Shown piece after piece: positions 13,564-27,285 of a stretch of 64,000 nucleotides of DNA. Source of the stretch: Eledone cirrhosa. Taxonomy: Eukaryota. The notes under the pieces are model-generated. The model searched no databases, was not told the origin of the DNA, and worked only from the letters and a program-made list of their open reading frames with translations. Positions within the stretch are counted from its first letter, which is position 1. Every line of letters starts with the position of its first letter. Made by a program: the position numbers and the translations under genes. The stretch is from the NCBI GenBank assembly GCA_964016885.1, contig OZ024749.1, forward strand, positions 23,808,001-23,872,000. The letters run 5' to 3'.

Positions 13564-13790
13564 AGGGTGGTAGATTGGCAATGTCGGTAGAGCGTCTGAC
13601 ATCCTGCTTCGCGGCATAGTGTTAAGATATTTTATGTTCTGAGTTCAATGTCCACCGAGGTTAGCTTTGCCTTTCATCCTTACGGGGACGATAAAGTAAA
13701 GTACCAGTCACGTACTAGGGTCGATTTAATCGACTTTCTCTTTCCCCGAATTGCTGGCCTTGTGCCTATATACAAAAAACATGATAATTA
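13564..13790 (+). mobile_element. Meta-domain-like SINE
   Basis: SINE head, B box, core and ttgctggccttgtgcc tail. Confidence 0.8.
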
Positions 13791-13819
13791 CATACACATA
13801 TATATATATAGAGAGAGAG

Positions 13820-13932
13820 AGAGGTTGCCCCCCCCCCCCCCCAAACAAAAAATATGCACCTTTTTATTACCTGTACAGACAATATCTATTATAATGCTGT
13901 TGAAAGGTGTATAAATTTTTGGAACACCCTAT
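13820..13932. mobile_element. Possible Tc1/mariner-type MITE
   Basis: Imperfect TIR aaaaatatgcaccttt/aaaggtgtataaattttt; ends ggaacaccctata; resembles 18605-18703. Confidence 0.4.
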
Positions 13933-14155
13933 ATATATATATTTATAAAATTAAACACTCGTTACTGTATTATTATTGTACATATCTTCAATTTGTAATT
14001 CATATTGTCTCGGACATACTAACGTACGTCAGAACACAGGAAATTTCACGATATAATTACCATGACTTCCGTGACTTCCGTACGAACCGAGATTTCCCGT
14101 CAAACAACTACTGAAACAGTTAGGTGAAGATCGCCTCCTTATTCTCGTAATTAAT

Positions 14156-14222
14156 ATTACTGTAATGTGTTACTAATTAATTGAATTATTAGCTTTTTAT
14201 CCATGCAGCGCCAAGAACATAT

Positions 14223-14285
<63 letters not shown>

Positions 14286-14286
14286 T

Positions 14287-14323
<37 letters not shown>

Positions 14324-14370
14324 TATTTATATATATATAATATATATATAATATATATGTATATATATAT

Positions 14371-14449
<79 letters not shown>

Positions 14450-14850
14450 ATATGTTCTTGGCGCTGCATGGATAAAAAGCTAATAATTCTATTAATTAGT
14501 AAGACATTATTTCTGAAGACGGCATATATATGTGTTGGTATGTATATTTAATTTTGATAGTTTGTATAATTTTGTATAATTTTGTACATAGATCTGTTGA
14601 ATATGCATGCCAATTCTAACACATATATATCCTAGAAACGATCGTTAAATAATGAACTTTTTTTGTTTAATATAAAGAACTGTTTCATTGTTTTATTCAT
14701 TATTTTTTTAATATTTTATCTTGACTCTGTATTCCGTTTATCTTTCACCAAAAGTGATTTTTCATTCCATCTCTTCTTTCCATGATATCCGGATTACATT
14801 GAGTTCTTCATACGGATTGGACACTACCGTAAACACTTGGTAGATTTATC
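14156..14850 (+). mobile_element. HHR element (HHR 14506-14653) with inverted copies of its end around a TA array
   Basis: attattt-CTGAAGA-long stem II-GAAA-CGATCG-TT-aaataat; 14165-14230 is the inverse of 14441-14510. Confidence 0.7.
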
Positions 14851-14861
14851 TATATATATAT

Positions 14862-14907
<46 letters not shown>

Positions 14908-14942
14908 TATATATAAATATATATAATATATATATATATATA

Positions 14943-15249
14943 TTTCGTTTCTGAATTTGTTTAACAAGGTTCTTTATCTGAAATCGTGTGTTGAAACCGA
15001 TATTGTTATACTTTGGGAGGGTCATGTTGCCAATAAGAAACACACGCACCAGTCGCTGAAGAGGTCACAGAGTGTGTGACGAAAGAACTATGACTATATA
15101 TAAACAACTATCTGGTTGTGGAACCAACCAACCAACCAGAGATTTATAAATTTATAAATTTATTATAAATGTATTATAATAAATTGAAGTGAAAGCGACT
15201 GGTGCGTGTGTTTCTTATTGGCAACATGACCCTCCCAAAGTATAACAAT

Positions 15250-15250
<1 letters not shown>
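14943..15250. mobile_element. TA-flanked fold-back element with HHR at ~15050-15095
   Basis: Arms 15002-15057/15195-15249; agtcg-CTGAAGA-g-gtcaca-gagtg-tgtgac-GAAA-gaac-TA-tgact. Confidence 0.75.
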
Positions 15251-16857
<1,607 letters not shown>

Positions 16858-18117
16858 ACTCTTTTACTCTTTACCTGTTTCAGCCATCCGGCTGAGGCCA
16901 TGCTGGGGCACCGCCCTTGTTGCTACACATTTTATCTCCAGCCTGTATAGGTTGGCCACTGGTGTAGGAGGGAGTTTGTTGCTGCTGCCCTTAGGTTTCC
17001 CTCGTGTCTTGCTGTGGGCTCATCCGGGATCCTGGATAACAAGGTGTCGAGATGTTTCTTAAAGACATCCACCTCCACGTCATGCAAGTCTCGCAGATGC
17101 CTCGGCAGCCTGTTGAAGAGTTGAGGGCCCTTGAATCCCAGGCTATTGCAATACCTGCTCCTTATTCTAGATGTGGAAGACGGGACCTTTGGCACCAAAC
17201 AGTGACGTCCTGTTCGACGGTTGGTCCAGCTCCAATGCCAAAGTTTGGTGCTAGTCCCTCCAGGATTTTCCACATGTAGATCACTGCATATCTCTCCCGT
17301 CTTCGCTCCAAGGAGTAGAGGTTCAGTTCCTTCAGCCTCTCCCAGTAGCTTGTCTCCCTCATCTTGGCAATCCTCTTGGTGTAGCTTCGCTGGATTGCCT
17401 CAAGCTCTGTGGTTAGTTTGACACTATGGGATGACCACAGCTGGGAGCAGTAGTCCAGGCGGCTTAGGACAAAAGTCCTCCACAGTGTCAACATGGTGTC
17501 TCGATCTCTTGTAAGGAAAGTCCTCAAGATCCAGCCAGCGAATCGTCTACATGCTGTCGCCACCTTCATGATGTGTGAAGAAAAAGATGCATCATCGCTC
17601 ATGTCTATGCCCAGGTCTCGTATCGATTTTGACACGGGGATATCGGTCCCTCCTGGTCCTGTGTAGCTGTGTTCCGCTATATTTGCGTTTGTGTTTGCAG
17701 GTTTGTATTGTAGGGCTTGGAATTTGCCAGCATTAAACTGCATGTTGTTTTCTTCCGCCCATCTGTATATGGCATCCAGATCCTGCTGTAAGAGGGCAGC
17801 GTCAGCCGGGTTTTTGATTGCCTGTGCTACCTTAGTGTCATCAGCATAGCTAGTGAGGGATGTTGTTGCATGCACCACAGAGGGCATGTCCGAGAGAGCC
17901 ACCAAAAACAGTAGTGGTCCCAGGACTGTCCCCTGAGGCACCCCACTTGTTATCGGTGTTTCCCTCGAGAGGCCCCATTTGCTGCGACTGCCTGGCTTCT
18001 GTCCCTCAGGAAGCCCTGCAGCCACTCACCTACTTTTCCAGTTATGCCGAGTCCGTGTAGTTTGTGACATATCATTCCGTGGTCGACCTTGTCAAAGGCC
18101 TTCGCAAAGTCAAGATA
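16858..18117 (-). mobile_element. CR1/L2-group LINE, 5'-truncated RT fragment plus 3' UTR
   Basis: [30 protein letters not shown] and LYSLERRRER across frameshifted ORFs; both ends in (TA)n. Confidence 0.9.
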
Positions 18118-18148
18118 TATATTATATATAGTATATATATATATATAT

Positions 18149-18184
<36 letters not shown>

Positions 18185-18289
18185 TATATATATATATATA
18201 ATATATATAGTATATATATATATATATATAATATATATATATAGTATATATATATATATATATAATATATATATATAGTATATATATAT

Positions 18290-18323
<34 letters not shown>

Positions 18324-18325
18324 GT

Positions 18326-18356
<31 letters not shown>

Positions 18357-18604
18357 TGTTATACTTTGGGAGGGTCATGTTGCCAATATATATATATATA
18401 TATAAGTTCTAAGGTAACATTCGTTTGGTTTGGATTTATTAAAATGTACATTTCGTTGATGATTATCAGTTGTGACAGCATGAGCTGCTCCAGCTGTAAA
18501 GTTATAGAACAACGAAATACCATAAAAAAAACTTGATCTACTTCACAACCGACAGACCGTGATCCGCACCTCCTTAACATCTTCTATATATATATATAAA
18601 TACA

Positions 18605-18703
18605 CAAGGTGTCCCCAAAATATATATACATACTTCAACAGCATTCTATTAAATATTACATGTACAGGTAATCAAAGTGTCTATATATTTTGGGGACGCC
18701 CTA
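18605..18703. mobile_element. ~100-bp Tc1/mariner-type MITE
   Basis: TIR aggtgtccccaaaatatata/tatatattttggggacgccct in a TA context. Confidence 0.55.
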
Positions 18704-18714
18704 TATATATAAAC

Positions 18715-19008
18715 ATTGTATCATGTGACGACAAGTGCAGAGAGATCTCCAGATATAAAGCAATGCCTGTGCCGTGAAGCTTTTATAGTGAGCAAAGGGA
18801 CTGCACAAAGCCAGTCCCACTCTCTTAACCAAGATGATATTTACCAAAAAGAAGAACAAGTCAACATCATTGGATACCATCAAAGTTGCAGGTGTTATAT
18901 CAGAGTTTTCCTTCTCCTAGAATTCTGCCTTGACAAAGGCTAAGTGGTCATCTCTCCCGGTGATTTTGGATGGCCATTGACTCTTAAGAGCTCCTTTGCC
19001 CTTTGACA
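18715..19008 (-). mobile_element. Partial copy of the non-autonomous RTE derivative
   Basis: Near identical to 19200-19490. Confidence 0.8.
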
Positions 19009-19032
19009 TGTTTTGACATACATACATACACA

Positions 19033-19643
19033 CATGGTGGCTGCCAACTCGTTTTCGAGTACGGCCACTACTTTATATCCATGTAGGAGAACCCCTACCG
19101 ATGCGCTGAACGAGTGTGACATTTGAGTCCAGCCAGCGACTTGAAAACTCTGGTACAAACACTACACTTGTCACAATTATTGACACATAGTGCTGGGGCC
19201 ATGGTACCATGTGACGACAAGTGCCGAGAGATCTCCAGATATAAAGCAATGCCTGTGCCGTGAAGCTTTTATAGTGAGCAAAGGCACTGCACAAAGCCAG
19301 TCCCACTCTCTTAACCAAGATGATATTTACCAAAAAGAAGAACGAGTCAACATCATTGGATACCATCAGGGTTGCAGGTGTTATATCAGAGTTTTCTTTC
19401 TCCTAGAATTATTCCTTGACAAAGGCTAAGTGGCCATCTCTCCCGATGATTTTGGATGGCCATTGACTCTTAAGAGCTCCTTTGCCCTTTGGCAGGTTTT
19501 GTTTTTAGTCCTGCAGGATGTCCAAAGTCACCCTCCTCACCAAGAAAACTTGGTGGTGTTGCCAGTTTAGTCGCCAACGACCCGACCATGAAACAGGTTG
19601 TACTGGGATACATGTTACCAGTAGCACCAACTGGTGACCTGAC
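19033..19643 (-). mobile_element. ~610-bp non-autonomous bipartite RTE derivative (5' UTR plus 3' end)
   Basis: Inverse of 51541-52148; RTE-like 5' motif ctaggagaaRgaaaactctga; 3' part encodes CSVCTRVFKSLAGLKCH..H; flanked by (CATA)n. Confidence 0.75.
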
Positions 19644-19686
19644 ATACATACATACATAGATACATACATACAAGGCTAAAAACTTT

Positions 19687-21612
19687 ATGGAACTCCAAAC
19701 ACCCAGAATTAGACTTTTCTCCCAAAGCAATCTAAATGAACAGGCAAAACATATCATTAGATGTAAATTGATACATCTAACGGAATCGAGTGATACTACA
19801 AATACAGCCCTTGTAGACAACCACCCCACCTCCACTGACAGACAAAGAGAATGGCCGGCTAAATCTAACAGTGAACAGCTCACCAACAATTTTGCTGAAA
19901 TCCATCCCACTTCCACTGAAGAACAGCGAGAAAGGTCAGCTGACTCTAGTAGTAAGTGTCACCACATCAACAACGAGGCTGCAATTCATGACTCTACTGA
20001 ACAAACAGAGCACCAAAAACTTGTGGGCACCCTACAAGTGATATGGAACGATATGTTTCAAGAGATACACAGCCTTAATGTGAGTGACAGACCATACAAC
20101 ACTAGAGTCAGTAAAGAACCCACTAAATTGGAATTGGAAGCGGTGAACGAAATAGCTGGCAATTATCTGAAGGCTATACGATCTAAAGGTGTAGAAACGA
20201 CATTTGAAACGCGTAATGTTTTGTTATATGTTTCAGCTGTCACATTGCTATCATATAACACACATCTAAAACCACGCTATCAAGATACAAACAGAAAGCC
20301 TGAACCAGCGTGGATGCGAAATTTAAAAACCAAAATGTTGTCCCTGAGACGAAGTATCTCACACATCGCAGTCGTTATGAAATGCAACATAGAGAGCAAC
20401 TTCACACGACACCAGGAAGACCTAAAGAAAAAGTTAGAGAGACGATTTGGAGATACAAAATTTAAAACTTTGAACTCCAAATTACACCAGTTGAAACAAC
20501 AACTCACAGCTACAACAGAAAGACTAAAATATAAGTCAACAGCACATAAACGACAAGTGCTAAATAGATTGTTTGCCAGAGATCCTAAATCAGTTTATCG
20601 CAGCTTAGGTGGCAAAATCTCAATCCCTGTAAACGACACCCCTTCAAAAGAACAGGTTGAGAGCTACTGGAGATATGTATGGGAAACGGATGACGGATTC
20701 AACAGACAAGCTAATTGGCTAAAAGAACTGGAACAGGACTACTGCCAACATGTCCAGACAAAACAATATGACATAGATGGATCAATACTGGAAACAGCTC
20801 TACAGAAAATGTCGAATAGGAAATCGCCAGGCCCAGACCTCATTACAGGATACTGGTTGAAGAATTTCACTTTCTATCGGCAAGATCTCATACGGCTGTT
20901 TACAGAAACCATTAAGGGCACACACGAACTGCCCAGATGGTTATCAACTGCCACTACTCTCCTCATTCCCCAAAATAGCCAAACCAACCTTGCTAAAAAT
21001 TACCGCCCAATTGCCTGCCAAAACATCATGTATAAATTATATACTGGATGCCTTAACCTGTTCTTACAGGATCACTGTGCTACCAACAACATCATAACAC
21101 CTGAGCAAGCTGGTGGAAAGAGGGAGGTGTGGGGTTGCATAGATCACCTACTAACTAACAACATGATTCAGGAAAAAACAACAAAGAATCGCAGAAACAT
21201 GACTGTCGTGTGGCTGGACTATCACAAAGCATTCGACAGTGTACCTCATGGGTGGATTATTAAGGCTTTACAGTTAGCTCATGTCCCACAACCATTGGTA
21301 GCTGCTGTTGAACGCCTGACCAAGAACTGGTACACCAATTTGATCCTTAGAGGTGAGAGGGAGAAGGTTAAGACTGATAAAATACATTACCAGAAGGGCA
21401 TCTTTCAGGGTGATAGCTTGTCGGTGCTACTCTTCGTTCTCTCACTGAATCCACTATCTTACCTACTCAGGAAACAAGGTGGACAAAGAAGTGGGCCCAG
21501 AAGTATCTCCCATCTTTTCTTTGTTGGTGACCTGAAGTTGTATGGGCTAAATATCAATGACATCAAGAAGCAATTGGACTCATTACACAATTTTCAACCG
21601 ACATCAAAATGA
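19687..21612 (+). pseudogene. Reverse transcriptase ORF of the R4/Dong element (catalytic DD changed to GD; frameshifts downstream)
   Basis: HLFFVGDLKLY where HLxFxDDLKLY is expected. Confidence 0.85.
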
Positions 21613-22900
21613 AATTTGGTGAGTCCAAGTGTGCATATTTGGCAGTAAAACGTGGAAGAGCTGTGCCCTCCTCTAGAAATCTAGAGATGAACGGCCTGAC
21701 AATATAACCTCTGCAGTCATGTGACAACTACAGATATCTTGGACAGGATGAGAATGTCAGATATGATGGACCCATAAATAAGGAGAGAACCAGAACTGAA
21801 TACCTCAGAAGAGTAAAGAAAATATGGTCATCAGAACTGTCAGCATACAACAAACACATTGCCCACAATACTTATGCTGTGCCAATTCTAACGCCAACAT
21901 TTGGCCTACTGAACTGGTCATTGCAAGAACTAAGTGAGATGGATGTTAGAACTCGAAAACTTCTCAGTGTTACTGGGAACTTTAACATCAATGGTGATGT
22001 GGATAGGCTATACTTCTCACGCAAGGAAGGTGGCCGGAGTCTAAAATCAATATTAACAACATATGAGTCCCGGATAGTAACACTGAAGCAACACCTTCAA
22101 CAGAGGAAAAAGGTTGGCAACCATCTTGCCCAGGTTTATGAGCATGAAAAAAGAAATATCATTAGAATAGCGACTGATCTGAGGAGAGATATGGAATAAA
22201 GCCTGATATAAATCTCTCACCCAGAGAAATCGGAAGATCCTATTCAATGTTCAAACAAGATAAAAAGAATTGACCAATTTACAGAAAAAGTTGTGCATGG
22301 ATACTTGAGGCGTAACACACAGACCATAGAGGGGATAGACCACTCAAAAAGCCTGGCATGGAGTTCCGACAAGTTTATGACATCAAACCTTGAGGGATAT
22401 CTCTATGCAATACAGGAACAAGAACTCCCTACCAAATATCTGCTGCACAAAAGAGGAGGGCCAGCAGCTGACAATAAATGTAGGCTACGTAAAACAAAGA
22501 TCGAGGATGTAAGCCACATTGTTGCCAGCTGCGAAAGAATGTCATCTCGCTACTACCTCCCATGAGACACGATGGGATAGCTAGAACCATCTGGAACGCA
22601 CTTCGGAAAACAAAATTAACAACAAACGAGGAAGAATATATTGAGACAGATGGCACTAACGAATACTGGTGGAACCTGAAAATAAAAACTGCCACCAAAT
22701 TAAGCACAACGGCCTGATATTGTAGTTTGGGACCACACATTGAAAACGTGTTCTGTTGTGGAGATCAGCTGCCCACTTGATGTAAAGGTTGTCAGAAAAA
22801 TACAGGAGAAGGAGGACATCTACGGACCATTGATGAGGAGTTTACAAATCCAGTATCCAAAATACACCTTTAGCTTCATACCCATCATTATTGGTGCTAC

Positions 22901-23037
22901 GGGTTACGTCCCTTTACGGTCTGAGTTCAAATCCCGCCGAGGTTGACTTTGCCTTTCATCCTTACGGGGTCGATAAAATAAAGTACCAGTAATGCACTGG
23001 ATAATTGCTGGCCTTGTGCCTAAAGAAGAAACAATTA
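22901..23037 (+). mobile_element. 5'-truncated SINE in the RLE domain with 20-bp target duplication
   Basis: attattggtgctacgggtta at 22887-22906 and 23034-23053. Confidence 0.9.
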
Positions 23038-25530
23038 TTGGTGCTACGGGTTATATACCAACCCGCTTGGACCAAAGTATGACTGAACTTGGATTTGCGG
23101 ACAAAAAGCGCAGCTCCCTAATTCATAGTCTACAAATGTCTGCGATAGCTGGCACCTTCAAAATTTGGCAAAATATTCTTGCGATTCAAGGGATGACAAT
23201 TTCTTTTCTTTTACAACCTTGCCACCAGGAAGGTGGCCGGTCAAAAAAATATACTCGAAATTAAGAGAAAGAGAAAACATACATACATACATACATACAT
23301 ACATACATACATACATACATACATACATACATACATACATACATACATGTATATTTGTATATAGATACGTGTATGTAACAATATCCGTATGTGTGAAAAG
23401 GAAAAAAGAAAGCAGTGTTCGATACAATATATTATATATTCATGTTCATGCGTGGAACAAAGGCACTACCAAATATTTATACATATGTACCTATGTAGTG
23501 ATTACGATTGAAGGAGGTTGAGAATTCTCATGTACCTTTGACCCTCGATATCCCTGCATCGGCTGCACTGACCAAACTCATTGCAGTAATTCATTAATTT
23601 GTCGCCAGCAGCAACATCAATATAACCATATCCACCCAGTTCCAAATCACACGCATCGTTACGTCAGTGGTAGCAGAATATTCTGAACTATTTACTGCCA
23701 TAAATTTATCAATATATATGTACTTTAAATATGTATTGGCTCCCCAAATCAATTTTATTACCTGGTTAGTCACACACAGACTTTCATGTTGCTTTGTATG
23801 ATTAAAGTAAGTATATCAATGCTTAAAACATGTAACTTTGTTTTTCATATCTGTTCCATTTTCTTTTGCTTTTTATCGTCTTAGGCGAAATAAGCACTGT
23901 ATATATTATTTTACTGTATCGTAGTATATTCCTATTTCCATTCTGCATATATATTTTGATTACATTCGTCTTTTGTTGTTGTTGCAACTTTTCCCAAAGC
24001 TTTTGATTCGGTAAATCTATTAGGTTTTCTAAACCAGCTCCAGCCCACTGATCCGCTGCTTATCTCCAGTTTCCATGGAATTAAACGTACCACGACGGAC
24101 GTTGTTAACATGACAATACAGCCGATGATTACATCAGCGAATTATACCACCTTGCGATAATTACTTGCAGCCAGCAAATACACACTCCATTTCTCTTTTC
24201 TATATTCTTTCCTCCTCTTACCACACACTACATCATCGTATTTGAATACAATTGCTGTAAATTGAATTGACTATACGCACAATCGTTTCAAATAGGTTTT
24301 ACCCTCGAATATATACAGCTAGGTATTTAATCAGATTACGACAAGTATCTAACTAGTTTTTACATCAATTGAGAGGTCGAATTGAATAGTGTGCAATATC
24401 CAGTGTACAGTATGTAGTGAAGATAATGCGTAGCCATGAAATGACCAAGGGAATATAATATAGGATTTTGATTTCTCTCACATTTAACCGACACCATTCA
24501 CTCGTAAGCCACCGGAGAAGCTTTCTTTGATGTTCCATGACCAAGAAGCTAAACTCTGCATATTCTATTTTATATAGCTTCAGGAAATGTATAGCTGTAC
24601 ATGCACGTAATCTAGTTGTTTGTGTGTTGGAATATCGAACATAAAGTTGCAGGAACGGATCCTGGACTCTGGCAGGGGTGTTTGTTGAGTATAGTGATTG
24701 GTTTTCACGTTAAATTTCATAACAGGAGGGTTATTCCTATATTCGAAACACATAAGTAACATTCTATGAGACACTACCGCTTAGTAGACTTACTAAACAT
24801 GTGGACCTATAGATTTATTTCAATTTCGTACTTGGACACCATACATTTGAGCTCGTCCATAAGATCGGAACGACGGTAGCCCTCTGAGGTAGGAGCCTCA
24901 CCAGGTGGATGGCTGTTGCAGCTGGCCATTGTCGGCGGTAATGCTTTTGCTGTCTTGTCCGCGGGTCGCAGCCCCTCTACCTCCGCTCTCTAGGCCCAGA
25001 GCCCAATCATTCTTCCCCCATTCCCATTCTTCTCTGACACTGTAGATGTTTCCATTCGCCATTTTCCGGGGTTTTTTTCATTCTTTTTTATCTTTTTTCT
25101 CTATATTTTCAAACGTTACATTCCATTCATCTCAATCTGAATTTGTTTTTCTATTTCTACTAAATTGTATTTGCATGTATACTCCATAAATAATATAATT
25201 CGTATTGTTTAAATGAATAAATATATAAATATATATATATAATACACGGTACAATACATACAGGCAGGTGGAACTGATGCGACCGATTTTCTGAAGTATG
25301 ACAAACCTTAGCGTTATTTATAAAAAGTATTTATAAAAAATAATTTTCTCTTATTGGTTTCGATTTCTGGTGTGTGACAATATTGATACAGAGTTTTAAA
25401 ATAATTTTGATGCTGATATCGATGTAAATAAGCTATTTTTATGATGCGTAACACTTATCTATGTTATCTAGATCTAACTTACGAGGTACAAACAAACAAT
25501 TAACGGAAACACAAACACAGATGCTCCCCC

Positions 25531-25580
<50 letters not shown>

Positions 25581-25671
25581 TTATATATATATATATATAT
25601 ATATTTATATAAATATATATATTTATATTTATATAAATATATATATTTATATTTATATAAATATATATATT

Positions 25672-25726
<55 letters not shown>

Positions 25727-25751
25727 ATTTATATATATATATATTTATATA

Positions 25752-26370
25752 TGAAAAGTGTAAGTTTCTAGACAAAACGAAGGTTAAAGAGGTTGGTATG
25801 GCACATGGAATATATAAGAGACAGAATACTTTTTTGTGAAAAAAATATAATTTTATAAGGTAAGGAAAGAATAAAGGGTATAAAAAATGACCGGTTTCGA
25901 TGGGTCTGCAAAAGCCATCTTTTCAAATGTTGATTAATATTAAGAAAAATTAATAAGATGAAGAGTTAAACTTTGAGATTTGAAAATTCAAGTATAAAAT
26001 TCAGTGTGGGATTTCATAGTAGTTTTCATCTTGGTAGCAGCAAGTTGACTGCTGTGTGTCCCTTTCTGGTATTCCCTACCAGAAAGGGACACACAGCAGT
26101 CCACTTGCTGCTACCAAGATGAAAACTACTATGAAATCCCACACTGAATTTTATACTTGAATTTTCAAATCTCAAAGTTTAACTCTTCATCTTATTAATT
26201 TTTCTTAATATTAATCAACATTTGAAAAGATGGCTTTTGCAGACCCATCGAAACCGGTCATTTTTTATACCCTTTATTCTTTCCTTTCCTTATAGAATTA
26301 TGTTTTTTCACAAAAAAGTATTCTGTCTCTTATATATTCCATGTGCCATTACCAACCTCAATTTTTTCTA
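25752..26370. mobile_element. TA-flanked near-perfect palindrome (~285-bp arms) with U3-A8 HHR-like motif
   Basis: Arms ~25790-26071/26077-26360; TTGAAAA-gatgg..ccatc-GAAA-CCGG-TC at 26222-26259 (stem I weak). Confidence 0.8.
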
Positions 26371-26428
26371 TATTTATATATATATATATTTACATATATA
26401 TTTATATATATATTTATATATATATATT

Positions 26429-26487
<59 letters not shown>

Positions 26488-26558
26488 ATTTATTTATATA
26501 TATATATATTTACTTATATATATATATATATATTTATTTATATATATATATATTTACT

Positions 26559-26611
<53 letters not shown>

Positions 26612-26793
26612 TTATATATATATATATTTATTTATATATATATATTTATTTATATATATATATATTTATTTATATATATATATTTACATATATATATTTA
26701 TATTTACATATATATATATATATTTATATATATATATATATTTATATGTCCAAACACTATAAACACAGAGCTGGCATATCTAAGAACTGTCTA

Positions 26794-26849
26794 ACTGCCT
26801 GATGAGGTCATAGCCATTCAATGGCTATCATCGAAATATATATAGCAGT
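26794..26849 (+). ncRNA. Type I hammerhead ribozyme motif in a ~150-bp TA-flanked island
   Basis: actgc-CTGATGA-ggtc-atagcca-ttcaa-tggctat-catc-GAAA-TATATA-TA-gcagt. Confidence 0.75.
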
Positions 26850-26985
26850 AAATAAAGAATTATGAGTTCATGCAATTGACATATGTTTCACACTATATAT
26901 TTATATATATATATTTATATTTATATATATATATATTTATATTTATATATATATATATATGTTTATATATATATATATATATACT

Positions 26986-27016
<31 letters not shown>

Positions 27017-27252
27017 GTATATATATACTTATATATATATTTATATATATATATATATATATTTATATACATATATATGAATATACGGTTATATATATAT
27101 ATTTATATACATATATATGAATATACGGTTATATATATATATTTATATATACATATATATGAATATACGGTTATATATATATATATTTATATATACATAT
27201 ATATGAATGTACGGTTATATATATATATTTATATATACATATATATGAATGT

Positions 27253-27283
<31 letters not shown>

Positions 27284-27285
<2 letters not shown>

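Larger units (their letters stand above)
19672..23278 (+). mobile_element. R4/Dong-type RLE non-LTR retrotransposon (degraded) in (CATA)n
   Basis: ORF 19687-21612 has RT motifs (KSPGPD, YRPIAC, WLDYHKAFDSVPH, GIFQGDSLS). Broken downstream frames give LYFSRKEGGR, a CCHC-like CRL..IEDVSHIVASC and PDIVV..VVEISCP; (TACA)n on both sides. Confidence 0.9.
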
